Source: a virus. From it: a stretch of 64,000 nucleotides of DNA. This document shows, in pieces, positions 19,125-28,258 of this stretch. The position numbers were made by a program, and so were the translations under genes. Position 1 is the first letter of the stretch, and the number at the start of each line of letters is the position of its first letter. The DNA lies in the IMG/VR virus record IMGVR_UViG_3300032050_000072, positions 1 through 64,000 of that record. One strand, given 5' to 3'. The notes beneath the pieces are model-generated. The model searched no databases. It was given only the letters and a program-made list of their open reading frames with translations, and was not told the origin of the DNA.

Positions 19125-21593
19125 CTAATTCGGAATTGCCACTGACACGCAGCGACAGTGAACGATGTTTCGCACGCTGCCGCGCGGATCGCCTGGGAAC
19201 CTCAGATATTCGCCACCCACAAAGAAGCTCTCATTTTGGCCGACCTCTTGGCCGTGCGCCGATCGGTGGGCGTCGCGGACGCGGTTGTCGAGTCGCGATA
19301 CCCACCGCTTGAGCTTCACCTTGTCTTTGTTCGCCTCGCGAACGTAGTTGGCACCGCCGTTGTAGGCTGCCGATGTTTCCGTCACCGCGATCGTGCGACT
19401 GCCGTGCTGCACCCGACTATCCATGACCTCATCGACAGCCTTCGCCAGCTTTTCGATCGTCGGCGTGTCGCCGGTCAGCACTCGCGCGAGCTTCTCGCTC
19501 AGTAGCAGCTTGGTCGTGGTCGTCACGGTGCTTTGCCAGAACGAACTAGCCTTTTCCTTGAGCCAGCCGGTAAAGCCCTTGGCCGCGCCGCCGAGTTCTT
19601 TGAGCCCCAGAGCCGCCGCCTGCATCAACGCACCTTTCTTGAGCGCGTCGAGAATCTTCGGCTTCATGCGGCCTTCCAGGTCGTCGCTCGCTTTGACCCA
19701 ATCGTCGAGCCGGTCGATCACTTCCTCTTGCAGCGTGCGGACCATCAAGATCGCAGCCCGCCCCTTGGCGATCTTCTCGGGCTCGATCTCACGACAGCAG
19801 CCCAAGCAGGCCGAGACGATTTCCTCGTCGACATTGCCGCACTCGTCAGCCCCAGTGCCGTCCGGGTACAGCCGCACTTGCGACTCGCCGATCGACATCA
19901 GGTACGACTCCAGCAAAATCGCGGTATCTTCGTGGTCGCCACCGGCCCCGCGTGACGCCGCCTCGGCATCGTTGGCTGGCAGATCAGGAAACGCCTTGGC
20001 GAGATTCGCCTTGATCCTCGTGGCCTGCTTCGAGAAATACTTCCGCAGCGTCGGCACGGTCGACGAAACCAGACCATCCAGGTCCGACTCAACCGATCGC
20101 GTGATCGTGGCAATCGCCCGCTCGTCTTCCACGCAACTTGTTGCGGGCAGCTTTTCGTTGCAGCAGGTCGACCGCTGCCCGGCTTCGATATCACCGGACA
20201 GCGGCCTCCCTGTCTGCGCTGACTTGGCAACCGGCACCGCGTCGGCATTGCTGCCGTCGATAGGCGGCTGGTTTTGATCGACTTGGTTCTGGTCTATTGG
20301 AGCCGCCGGATCGCCCTGTGGAGCCGCCGCTGGCTTCATTTGGAGTTCATATAGCCAGCGCGGAACGTCGCCCCACGGCACCTTGGGCTCGCCTCGCTTC
20401 TCGCGGATTTCATTGACCGTCAGGATGCCCGTCAAGGCATCGCGGTTTTCGAGTTGGTTGTCGAGAGCCCGCTCGGCGGGGACCGGATTATCGAACTCGA
20501 CGCACAGGTCGTCGCCGAACTCGATCGCCAGCGACTTGTTGATCTTCTCTTGAATCTGCACCAGCCTCGGCCAGATCGTCTCCATTGCGAAGACGCGCTC
20601 TTGGCTCGCGGTGTTGCTGTTGTTGGCGTTCTCGACCACACCGGCCAGCAATGGCGGCACGCCGAAGATGCCCAGGATTTCGTCGCGCGTGAACGCCGCC
20701 GAATCTTTGAACGCCATTTCGCCCCAGGCCCGCTGCGAAGCGATCGGCTTCACACCGCCATAGAGCAGCACCGGCATCCCGGCCTTGTTCACGCCCGTAT
20801 GCCGCTCGATCAAGTTCGCCATCATCCTCTTCCAGCCCGGCTCGTCGAGCATCGAGTCGGTCGAGAAATAAAGGCTCGACAGGATATCCTGATCGAACGC
20901 CTTTAGCTGTGCCCGCTTGATCGAATCGTTGGCCGACTTCGCCTCGGCAGCCGCCGCCAGCGTCCCCCAGCCCCAGAAGCGATCGCGCGGATTGTCGTGC
21001 TTGATATGCACGATGTCGGCCCGTGGAATCTGGATCGCCTCGCCTCGGCCCGCCAGAAACTCGTAGCCCCAGAGAACCTCGCCGTCCGTGTGCAGCGGCC
21101 TGACGTACTGCGACGGCAGCACCCAAAGCTCGACCACCTTGCCTCGCCGGTCGCGAACCTTGAGCCAGATGGCATTGCCGGTCAACTCCAAGAACATCAC
21201 CGTCTGCGACCAGAACTCGCTCTTGGTGTCGAGCGGGTTTGGGTTTTCGATCAGACGAACGAGTTCGTTCTTCGGGTCGGTGATCTCAACCGGCTTGTCG
21301 CCGTTACGGTTCATGCGGTAGACCCGCATTGGCACTCGCGCGACGCCATTGCGGATTCGATTGACCGCGACGAAGACCCAGCCGGTCATCGACTGGACTT
21401 GCTGTGCCACCGACAGGCCGTTTTGGGCCTTGGTGGTATTCTGGAACCCAAACGCCAGCCGCAGCCGCTCGTTCAAGGCTTCCATATCGGCAGCCCGTTG
21501 AATGAACTGCTGATTGGCGATCGGCGCGCAGAACTCCGCGCCAGGATAATCGCTTGCCTGCCCGTCCGTTCGGATTGTGATTTCGGTGCTCAA
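19125..21593 (-). CDS. Portal protein fused to a Mu gpF-like minor head domain
   Basis: N-terminal HK97 portal (LELTGNA, IFGVPP, LTVNEIR); C-terminal IAVTE..KRW..DNRVRDAH..HG..PGDP..HCRC. Confidence 0.93.
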   Translation of the reverse strand: MSTEITIRTDGQASDYPGAEFCAPIANQQFIQRAADMEALNERLRLAFGFQNTTKAQNGLSVAQQVQSMTGWVFVAVNRIRNGVARVPMRVYRMNRNGDKPVEITDPKNELVRLIENPNPLDTKSEFWSQTVMFLELTGNAIWLKVRDRRGKVVELWVLPSQYVRPLHTDGEVLWGYEFLAGRGEAIQIPRADIVHIKHDNPRDRFWGWGTLAAAAEAKSANDSIKRAQLKAFDQDILSSLYFSTDSMLDEPGWKRMMANLIERHTGVNKAGMPVLLYGGVKPIASQRAWGEMAFKDSAAFTRDEILGIFGVPPLLAGVVENANNSNTASQERVFAMETIWPRLVQIQEKINKSLAIEFGDDLCVEFDNPVPAERALDNQLENRDALTGILTVNEIREKRGEPKVPWGDVPRWLYELQMKPAAAPQGDPAAPIDQNQVDQNQPPIDGSNADAVPVAKSAQTGRPLSGDIEAGQRSTCCNEKLPATSCVEDERAIATITRSVESDLDGLVSSTVPTLRKYFSKQATRIKANLAKAFPDLPANDAEAASRGAGGDHEDTAILLESYLMSIGESQVRLYPDGTGADECGNVDEEIVSACLGCCREIEPEKIAKGRAAILMVRTLQEEVIDRLDDWVKASDDLEGRMKPKILDALKKGALMQAAALGLKELGGAAKGFTGWLKEKASSFWQSTVTTTTKLLLSEKLARVLTGDTPTIEKLAKAVDEVMDSRVQHGSRTIAVTETSAAYNGGANYVREANKDKVKLKRWVSRLDNRVRDAHRSAHGQEVGQNESFFVGGEYLRFPGDPRGSVRNIVHCRCVSVAIPN

Positions 21594-21645
21594 GGTTTAA
21601 CCCCTTTGCACCGTCCCAGGTCTGCCTTGGCGGGCAGGTTGTATT

Positions 21646-21756
21646 TCGAGGTTCGGACAGCTTCGGTCTATTTGCTTAATTCAACCGGGCCACTCTCGAA
21701 CGACTTGTCGTAAGCAAATGCCGCAGTCGTCGCGAGCCTTTCGGCACGAACCTCAA
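21646..21756 (-). ncRNA. Candidate structured RNA A
   Basis: 10-bp closing stem (one G-U on the minus strand), inner 9-bp helix 21670-78/21711-19 and a GCC-GAAA-GGC tetraloop; abuts the 3' end of tRNA-Trp. Confidence 0.55.
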
Positions 21757-21831
21757 GCATCCACCCAGGGAATCGAACCCCGCCACTCGCTTTTGGAGAG
21801 CAAGTCGCCAGCCTTGGTACATTGGCGGATA
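21757..21831 (-). tRNA. tRNA-Trp(CCA), atypical D-arm
   Basis: Anticodon arm TTGCT-CTCCAAA-AGCGA; T-loop GGTTCGATTCC. Confidence 0.7.
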
Positions 21832-21833
21832 TA

Positions 21834-21983
21834 GATCGCTGATCGGCGTTTGCGCTCGTACGTTTTCCAACGGCGGAATCCTTGTTTCGCGGGCGGCATT
21901 TCGCTCTAGCCTATAGCCTTGGCGACGTTCCGCTCGCACCCGGTTTGACGCCCGGTTTTCCGTTTATTCACCAATCAACGATC
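21834..21983 (-). ncRNA. Candidate structured RNA B
   Basis: About 15-bp terminal stem with three G-U pairs that form only on the minus strand; fills the gap between tRNA-Thr and tRNA-Trp. Confidence 0.55.
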
Positions 21984-21986
21984 AAA

Positions 21987-22058
21987 AGCCAGCGGAGGGA
22001 CTTGAACCCCCGACCCGCTGTTTACAAAACAGCCGCTCTGCCACTGAGCTACGCGGGC
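21987..22058 (-). tRNA. tRNA-Thr(UGU)
   Basis: GCCCGCGTAGCTCAGTGG..GCTGT-TTTGTAA-ACAGC..GGTTCAAGTCC. Confidence 0.93.
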
Positions 22059-22067
22059 AATTTCAGG

Positions 22068-22157
22068 CGGAAGCGGTAGGACTCGAACCCACAAGCCGAT
22101 CTTTCGATTCGGCCACCTGTTTTCAGGACAGGCCCCTCATCCAGCCGGATCACTTCC
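22068..22157 (-). tRNA. tRNA-Ser(UGA), long variable arm, C33
   Basis: CCTGT-CCTGAAA-ACAGG anticodon arm, long variable arm, GGTTCGAGTCC, G discriminator. Confidence 0.85.
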
Positions 22158-22164
22158 GTATCAG

Positions 22165-22235
22165 TGGACCGTCGCAGAATCGAACTGCGATCTCCCGGTT
22201 GCAGGCCGGGCGTCTTCCCGTTTGACCAACAGCCC
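22165..22235 (-). tRNA. tRNA-Ala(UGC), C33
   Basis: CCCGG-CCTGCAA-CCGGG anticodon arm; G3:U70 and A73 alanine identity elements. Confidence 0.85.
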
Positions 22236-22243
22236 ATTATCAG

Positions 22244-22315
22244 AGTCGCGGGTGGGACTCGAACCCACGGCATCTAGTTTGGAAGACTAGCGTTCTGCCG
22301 CTGAACTACCACGAC
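22244..22315 (-). tRNA. tRNA-Gly(UCC)
   Basis: CTAGT-CTTCCAA-ACTAG anticodon arm; GGTTCGAGTCC; U discriminator. Confidence 0.9.
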
Positions 22316-22323
22316 TTGTGCGC

Positions 22324-22457
22324 TGCACGGCGATCACATACGCGATCTTTAAGCGGATCAGCCCTAGTGGCAGGTCGACAACTGACTGAGGCTTGAGAAT
22401 CCTTGTCGCCAGCGAGCAAGCTCGCGGACGCTGCGGCTAGTGCCGCGTCACCGTGCA
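22324..22457 (-). ncRNA. Candidate structured RNA C
   Basis: 10-bp closing stem TGCACGGTGA/TCGCCGTGCA; internal hairpins GCGGC-ACTA-GCCGC, GCGAG-CTTG-CTCGC and CGACAA..TTGTCG; between tRNA-Met and tRNA-Gly. Confidence 0.55.
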
Positions 22458-22459
22458 AG

Positions 22460-22533
22460 TGTCAGGGGTGGGACTTGAACCCACGATCTCCAGCTTATGA
22501 GGCTGGCGAGATAGCCGACTTCTCTACCCTGGC
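22460..22533 (-). tRNA. tRNA with CAU anticodon (Met; Ile2 not excluded)
   Basis: CCAGC-CTCATAA-GCTGG anticodon arm; GGTTCAAGTCC; C2:A71 mismatch. Confidence 0.85.
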
Positions 22534-22543
22534 ATTGACTTCT

Positions 22544-22571
22544 ATCTTATGGCTATACCGAAATCGGTCAA
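22544..22571 (-). promoter_or_regulatory. Promoter of the tRNA/ncRNA array
   Basis: TTGACC-16 bp-TAAGAT, placing the start a few nt before tRNA-Met; palindrome upstream at 22593-22606. Confidence 0.7.
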
Positions 22572-22609
22572 GGGTTTTCGAGCCTCGATGCCCGCAACTT
22601 GTTGCGGAT

Positions 22610-22641
22610 AAAAACCCCGGCCAGCACGAACTGGCCGGGGT
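22610..22641 (-). terminator. Rho-independent terminator insulating the tRNA array
   Basis: CCCCGGCCAG..CTGGCCGGGG stem followed by TTTTT on the minus strand. Confidence 0.85.
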
Positions 22642-22660
22642 CGCCAAGAACCTGAGACGG

Positions 22661-23896
22661 TTAGGACCGTCCCACTAATGATCGCTTGATCGCCTCCCGT
22701 AGCGTAGTCCGCAGCGGCACCTTGATCTCGGGCGGCACCGTCTTCAAAAATCCTCGCGGCAAATTATCGACCAGAACCTCACTCCACTTGCCGCTTGCCG
22801 CGAGCCCGAGAATCTGCGGAGCGTGATGCCGACCCTCGCCAGCGTCGTACTTGCTGACCTCGATACTGCCGTCGCATCGAATCACCGCGCTGACCGTGAA
22901 GTCCTCGGACCATTCGACGAACTTTAGCTCATTACTCCAGGCATTGACATCGAACCTCCTGAAATTGATCGCCGGATGGTTCGGCTTGGGCTGGAACGCA
23001 ACCTCACGCCAGTGCCCAGGTGTCGCGGTGATCGCCTCAAGCTCCGCGATCGTCCACGGTGGCTTGCTGCCCGTTGCTTCGTAGAAAGCCTCGTTCGTTA
23101 CGTCGCCGCTAGCATCGACAAACCAAACGCGACCACTCACGGAGTCGGTATCGAGAAACTGGAACTTGGCACCTTTCGTCTCGAATCGCCGCACCTTGCT
23201 GAACGGCTTGATGACGTACGGAATCCAGACGCCACGCCCCACATGCTTGTCGATCGTGCGAACGTCCCAGCTATCGACGCCTTCGGTGGGCTTGCCGTCG
23301 TGGCCGATCGCCACCGGAAACAGGCTGTCGCTCAACTGCTCAACGTAGTGGACCCGGCTCCAGATGCCCGTGAAATTATTGTACTTGTCGCCGTAGCCGA
23401 CTCCAGAGAGTTCGCCGTTAAAGCTCTGAAAATAGATCGCCCGCTTCGGATAATGGTCGGCCTGCGGAGCGACCGCATTGGCGTGGTCGGCGGCGTAGAT
23501 GACTTTCGAGTGTTCACCGAACGTGTCGCGGTAAATCCTGTGGTTCGTCTGGTCGTTCCCGTGCCAGTCTTCGTTGATTCTGAAATCGACGGTGCCGTCC
23601 GGGTTGATCCGGTCGATGCACTTAACGCCGCCAAAATCACGCTCGGCAAACAAGAACGGGTGATGATCGAAGACCTCGACAAAATCGCCTTGCACGACCG
23701 AACAGCAGACCGTAAACGATCTTAAGGTCGATTGGAGACTACTGTCGTCAAAGTAGTGAGCCAGCCCGCCATGCTCGACGGCTTGTTCTTTGCTCTCGAT
23801 CTGCCAGTAGAAGTTGCCGCGACGGTTTGGGTCGGTTGGCACGAATCGGCGTGGATATCGCCGCTCCTCGTTCAAAATATCCAGCACCTTGCTCAT
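22661..23896 (-). CDS. Hypothetical protein with C-terminal TLREAIKRSL tag
   Basis: 411 aa, aromatic-rich, no family recognised. Confidence 0.75.
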   Translation of the reverse strand: MSKVLDILNEERRYPRRFVPTDPNRRGNFYWQIESKEQAVEHGGLAHYFDDSSLQSTLRSFTVCCSVVQGDFVEVFDHHPFLFAERDFGGVKCIDRINPDGTVDFRINEDWHGNDQTNHRIYRDTFGEHSKVIYAADHANAVAPQADHYPKRAIYFQSFNGELSGVGYGDKYNNFTGIWSRVHYVEQLSDSLFPVAIGHDGKPTEGVDSWDVRTIDKHVGRGVWIPYVIKPFSKVRRFETKGAKFQFLDTDSVSGRVWFVDASGDVTNEAFYEATGSKPPWTIAELEAITATPGHWREVAFQPKPNHPAINFRRFDVNAWSNELKFVEWSEDFTVSAVIRCDGSIEVSKYDAGEGRHHAPQILGLAASGKWSEVLVDNLPRGFLKTVPPEIKVPLRTTLREAIKRSLVGRS

Positions 23897-23973
23897 GACA
23901 TTCGCTCCAAAAGACAGCCACGGCGGCGACGCTCGCTAGCACCTGCCGCCGTGGCACACCACCACAGTGCTCC

Positions 23974-24618
23974 CTAGCTAAACTGCTCGTAGATATCCCG
24001 GCAGATCGACTCCCATTCGCTGAAATGGGCTTGCTCCTCCTCATTCAGCGGCTCTTTGTTCGCGGCTTTCGTGGCGGCACGCTCACCGATCTCGAAGACA
24101 TGCTTCCAGTCTTGGCCCTTCTCGGCGGCGATCTGACGCAGCCGCTCGCGGCCCAGCATCCGGCATCGCATCATCGAAATGCCTTCACCGGCCTTGACGA
24201 TGCTCAGACTGGATCGCATCATTTCGCCGACGCTCTTGCGGATCGTCAACAGCATCGCCAGTGCCGACTCCAGAAGTACCCGGCTTTCGCCGTCGCTCGA
24301 TGCCTTGTCGATCAGCATCGGCTCGACCCGAGCCAAGTCGCGGTCGCACTCCTCTTTGCTGTCGTAATTGAGCGGCATGTCGTCGGTGCATTGCGTGAAC
24401 CGGACTGCCGACTTCATCAGCATGACGGCCAGCGTCATCATCGTGCTGCCGACCTCGGCCTTGCTGCACATGCCATCGGCGGATTCCCGCTCGATGTCCA
24501 TCAGCGTCTCTTCGTACATCGCGAACGCCTCGTCGGCGATTGCGGCGATCGTCTTCGGCGCTGCAATCACAGCCTCGACCAACTCAACATCCTTGACTTC
24601 CTTCGCTGCGGCAACCAT
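23974..24618 (-). CDS. Helical hypothetical protein
   Basis: 214 aa; GAGGAG ribosome-binding site upstream. Confidence 0.7.
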   Translation of the reverse strand: MVAAAKEVKDVELVEAVIAAPKTIAAIADEAFAMYEETLMDIERESADGMCSKAEVGSTMMTLAVMLMKSAVRFTQCTDDMPLNYDSKEECDRDLARVEPMLIDKASSDGESRVLLESALAMLLTIRKSVGEMMRSSLSIVKAGEGISMMRCRMLGRERLRQIAAEKGQDWKHVFEIGERAATKAANKEPLNEEEQAHFSEWESICRDIYEQFS

Positions 24619-24651
24619 TGCTTGTTCTCCTCGAACTGTGGGGTGGAAAAT

Positions 24652-24864
24652 TTAACCGAACACGACCAGCCAGCCTCGAAAGCTCTCGATCATTGAAGCC
24701 CGCACCTTCAAGTGCGTGATCTCGGCCAGTGCGGCAGCCGCCCGACGCTTGCAGGCATCGCCGAACACCGAACCGCCGAACTTGATGTAACCATCGTTCG
24801 CATTGATCGAACCGCCGAACCGCTTGGCGATCAGCTTGACTTGCTCTAGAACTTGCTGGCTCAT
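24652..24864 (-). CDS. Hypothetical protein (cassette gene of P4)
   Basis: ATG within the GAGATCAAGATCATG leader. Confidence 0.6.
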   Translation of the reverse strand: MSQQVLEQVKLIAKRFGGSINANDGYIKFGGSVFGDACKRRAAAALAEITHLKVRASMIESFRGWLVVFG

Positions 24865-24908
24865 GATCTTGATCTCGCTTGACTGGTGGTTATCGTGTTG
24901 GCTCCCTA

Positions 24909-24937
24909 AGTATATCGTCACGCTAGACCAATGTCAA
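24909..24937 (-). promoter_or_regulatory. P4 sigma70-type promoter
   Basis: TTGACA-17 bp-TATACT; palindrome upstream at 24967-24980. Confidence 0.85.
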
Positions 24938-24961
24938 TAAGAAAAATCAGCCATTTGAAAA

Positions 24962-25564
24962 TTATCCGCAACTTGTTGCGGGCAAGGATCGCAACAGGCT
25001 CGCGCGAACGGCATCACGAAGCGTCGGCTTGATTTCCACGGGCAACTCGACGGGCGGCTCGATCTCCACGGGCGTCGCGTTCACGACCGGCTCAAACCGC
25101 CAGCAGAACGGCCTGACCAGATTGCCCTTGCGATTGATAATGCAGAGCGACGGGAAGTGATTCCGATCGTTATCCAGTACACTCTTGTCGAGTGACTTCT
25201 GGAAGTCTTCGCCGAGACGAACGAACTCGAACTCGTCGCCATTCTCGCCATAGCAGCGATCGCGATCTGTCTCTATCAGCCGCATCTTGTCGCCCGGCTT
25301 GAGCCCGTCGACCCAGCGCAGGTCTTCCGGCAGCGAGTGCAGCTTGTTCGTGTGGAACAGCGGCTCGAAGAACGATATGAAGTCTGCGAGCCAAGCCGAC
25401 CATGCCGTTCCGCGTAGCGTGAAGAGAATCGTATCTTTCCCGTGACACAAATCGCGTCCGGTGACTGTCTCGATATCACCGGGCTGGCAGTCTAACAGAT
25501 TCTTGATGCAGCGAATCTTGTCGCCGACCTGCAAGCGGTAGACCCAAGTTGGTATCGCGGTCAT
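24962..25564 (-). CDS. Repeat-domain protein (2 SH3-like units) with TLRDAVRASL tag
   Basis: Units W..LQVGDKI and W..LKPGDKM, each ending in FEP. Confidence 0.75.
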   Translation of the reverse strand: MTAIPTWVYRLQVGDKIRCIKNLLDCQPGDIETVTGRDLCHGKDTILFTLRGTAWSAWLADFISFFEPLFHTNKLHSLPEDLRWVDGLKPGDKMRLIETDRDRCYGENGDEFEFVRLGEDFQKSLDKSVLDNDRNHFPSLCIINRKGNLVRPFCWRFEPVVNATPVEIEPPVELPVEIKPTLRDAVRASLLRSLPATSCG

Positions 25565-26358
25565 GATTCGGTTCCTTGTAGCAGATTGCGTCGGATCGCG
25601 TCGCGGAGCGTGAGCTTTGGCTCCGGTGGCGGCTCGACGCAGGGCTTGTATCTCCAGGCACAGCCATCGAGCGACTGCCGCCGCTTGCCGTCGAGATCAT
25701 TGCAGTACAGGTAGCAGTTCTTGCCATCGCCAGCCTGATCGTTGTCATCGCTCATGTAGACCGCGATCGTCCCCGGCTTGGTATTCCTCGAAAACGGCTC
25801 GACGATCACCAGCTTGTCGCCCGGCTTGATCGTGTTGAGCCATTCCAGCCCCGGCAGCGGCTTCTCGAACCGCTTCGCCGCAGGCGTCGGAACATCGGGC
25901 TTCGGCGGATCGACCGGCTCGTAAAGGTATTCAAGCAAGCTCGTGCTCACGCCGAACATGCCACGCTCGTTCTTGATCGACAAGCCTCCAGAATCGGCTT
26001 TGACAACCTCAACTGTCTCGCCGCGCTGATAGCTCGCGTGCTGCGGCTCATCAACCAGCACCCGCAGTTTGTCGCCGCTCTTGACGCTTGCAATCCAGGC
26101 CGCACGCTGATCTTCGGGAATTTTCTTGCACCAGCGGTGGTCGTACTGGGCTGGCTGGAAATGCTCGGCAGCAGAACGGCACTCGAAAACCCAAGCCTGA
26201 CCCGCATCGGCACCTGGGCAACCCGTCCAGAATATGTCGTCTTCGATCAGGCCGATCGTGACGATATCGCCAGCTTTAATCGGAGCACAATTCGGATCGT
26301 CGACTAGCACGACCAGCTTCATGCCGCAGTAGATATGCTTGACCCAGCCTGGATTCAT
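25561..26358 (-). CDS. Repeat-domain protein (3 SH3-like units) with TLRDAIRRNL tag
   Basis: Units W..IYCGMKL, W..VKSGDKL and W..IKPGDKL. Confidence 0.75.
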   Translation of the reverse strand: MNPGWVKHIYCGMKLVVLVDDPNCAPIKAGDIVTIGLIEDDIFWTGCPGADAGQAWVFECRSAAEHFQPAQYDHRWCKKIPEDQRAAWIASVKSGDKLRVLVDEPQHASYQRGETVEVVKADSGGLSIKNERGMFGVSTSLLEYLYEPVDPPKPDVPTPAAKRFEKPLPGLEWLNTIKPGDKLVIVEPFSRNTKPGTIAVYMSDDNDQAGDGKNCYLYCNDLDGKRRQSLDGCAWRYKPCVEPPPEPKLTLRDAIRRNLLQGTES

Positions 26359-27578
26359 TGGATGGCTCCCGCTAGACGTTGACGAACAAGTTCCCTGAGC
26401 GTCGGCGCGGTCGGCTTCTGCTTGGCCCGCTGCACCATCGGCTTAAACCACTTCACGAACCGGCCAGCCAGCACCGTGCCGTATTTCGTGCGAACCTTGA
26501 TCTGAATCTTCGAGGCGTCGTTCTGAGTCTCGCTGTTTAGGCCCGCGATAATCGCCCGTCGTTTGGCTGGCGGTTCGACAAACTCGACGAACTCAACCTC
26601 GCCCGCATAGCCCTTGTCTTCGGTGTCGTACCACAGCCGGTCGCCCGGCTTGATGTCTTGCAGCCATGCGTACTCCTGCGGAATGTCTTCTAGACCGTCT
26701 TCGCGATACGCGATCTCTTCGAGCAATTCACCGGCTCTAGGCAACAGCCAATGCCACACGCCTCCGTTGCCATAAGCCTCTTTGCCGTCGACGCCGGTGG
26801 TCTTGAATTCGCATCCGCTAAATTCGACTACTCGCACTTTGGAGCCAATCGGCAGAAGATCGCTATGGATGCCTTGGCTGCTCACATCGCCCGTCACTTT
26901 GAGCCACATGCCGACCTTGACCCGCTGATGCCACGGCTCGTCTTTGACGAGTTCGACGTTCCAAAGGAACTCCTTGTTGAACGACCAGTATCCCGGCTTT
27001 TCAACATGAACCGACCATTTCTGCTCTGAAAAAACATCACTAACGACCGCAATGTCGCCAGCTTTTAAGTTCGGCGGTGCATCTGGAAGTATATTCTCAC
27101 GATCGAACCCGGCCCGCACCAGGAGCTTGTCGCCGACCTTGATCTCCTCGGCGGTCGGGTGCTGCCAGTGATCTACCGGGCAGAACCATTTTTCGAGCGA
27201 AGCCATCGGCCAACTGTATAAATGGCCTTTCGCGGTGATGCTTCCGCTGCCGACGGTATCGACCTCGATCTCGCCCGTCGCTGATATCGTACCGGCGCTC
27301 AGCGGCTTATCGACCAAAGCCATCAGCTTGTCGCCTGGCTTGAGTCGCTCCTTCCAGTCGTCCTTGACGTTCGCCAGCGGCTCGAAGCGGCTCGCGAAAT
27401 AACACTGGTCTTTGTGGATTTTGCCGATCTTCAAGGCTTGGCAGACCGGCTGGATGCCACCCTCCTTATTGACCATCGCCACGCGCGTGATCGTGCCTGC
27501 CGGAATCTTGCTATCAGGGAAGCCGTTGCAGGTCAGGTATTGGGAAACGCGAACTAGATCGCCGGGTTTGAGTGACAT
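26355..27578 (-). CDS. Repeat-domain protein (5 SH3-like units) with TLRELVRQRL tag
   Basis: Units LKPGDLV, LKPGDKL, IKVGDKL, VKVGMWL and IKPGDRL; likely ATG at 27578. Confidence 0.75.
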   Translation of the reverse strand: MSLKPGDLVRVSQYLTCNGFPDSKIPAGTITRVAMVNKEGGIQPVCQALKIGKIHKDQCYFASRFEPLANVKDDWKERLKPGDKLMALVDKPLSAGTISATGEIEVDTVGSGSITAKGHLYSWPMASLEKWFCPVDHWQHPTAEEIKVGDKLLVRAGFDRENILPDAPPNLKAGDIAVVSDVFSEQKWSVHVEKPGYWSFNKEFLWNVELVKDEPWHQRVKVGMWLKVTGDVSSQGIHSDLLPIGSKVRVVEFSGCEFKTTGVDGKEAYGNGGVWHWLLPRAGELLEEIAYREDGLEDIPQEYAWLQDIKPGDRLWYDTEDKGYAGEVEFVEFVEPPAKRRAIIAGLNSETQNDASKIQIKVRTKYGTVLAGRFVKWFKPMVQRAKQKPTAPTLRELVRQRLAGAIQ

Positions 27579-27580
27579 GA

Positions 27581-27931
27581 TTATGCTCCCTGGACCTTGC
27601 CACCCCAGTAGCGAGAGATCACTCCCACCAATCCGGCAGCCAAGTCGTTCGTGTAGTGGTCTTGATTGCGTGTCATCACGTATAGGCAGTTGTCGGACGG
27701 CCAAACCTCGATCCAGCGTTCACCGGCTTCGTCCATGACCTCTTGGATCGACTTGCCGCTCGGGCTCAGCCGCTTGAATGGGCAAGACGGTTTGCCGTGC
27801 AGACTGACGATCCAGCGGTCACGATCCCAGTGGACGGTCCCGGCTTCACCGAAGTAGTCTCGCAGCAGTAGCGCAATGTCTTCGTTCTTCGGTTTCACCC
27901 TCGGCCAGTCGATGATTCGATCGCAGGACAT
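27581..27931 (-). CDS. Hypothetical protein
   Basis: ATG at 27931 behind an ACC-rich leader that contains a palindrome copy. Confidence 0.6.
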   Translation of the reverse strand: MSCDRIIDWPRVKPKNEDIALLLRDYFGEAGTVHWDRDRWIVSLHGKPSCPFKRLSPSGKSIQEVMDEAGERWIEVWPSDNCLYVMTRNQDHYTNDLAAGLVGVISRYWGGKVQGA

Positions 27932-27975
27932 TTTCGATCTCCGCAACTTGTTGCGTGTTTGGTGGTGGTTGTTGA

Positions 27976-28134
27976 TTATCGGCGGCTTTCGAGTTCCAGC
28001 CGAGCCGCCTCGCGACGCTCCTCGCGGCTGTCGAGAGCCATCATCGCCCGCAATTGAGCATCGCTCTTTTGGCTCAGCGAGAGTTCAAGGGTTTCTTGAG
28101 TGCGATCGCCGAGTGCTAGGTGTCGTGCGGTCAT
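27976..28134 (-). CDS. Small hypothetical protein (cassette gene of P5)
   Basis: AAGGA RBS and ACC-rich leader. Confidence 0.5.
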   Translation of the reverse strand: MTARHLALGDRTQETLELSLSQKSDAQLRAMMALDSREERREAARLELESRR

Positions 28135-28181
28135 GGTCGTGTTTCCTTGTGTTCGGTGGTGGTTGTCATCTGACGCTATTA

Positions 28182-28210
28182 AATATATCGTCAAGATAGA
28201 CCTATGTCAA
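28182..28210 (-). promoter_or_regulatory. P5 sigma70-type promoter
   Basis: TTGACA-17 bp-TATATT; identical to P6 from -35 to -10. Confidence 0.85.
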
Positions 28211-28258
28211 CAGTCGTTTTCAAATAAATCCGAAAATTCTCTGATTTCCGATCGCCCA

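Noticed and set aside
21757-21831. Suppressor tRNA or alternative genetic code
   Set aside because: The anticodon reads CCA (Trp), and the recognisable genes are intact under the standard code with TAG, TGA and TAA all used as stops.
24962-27578. Repeat proteins as targets of a diversity-generating retroelement
   Set aside because: No reverse transcriptase and no near-identical TR/VR pair were seen; the repeats are divergent at the protein level.
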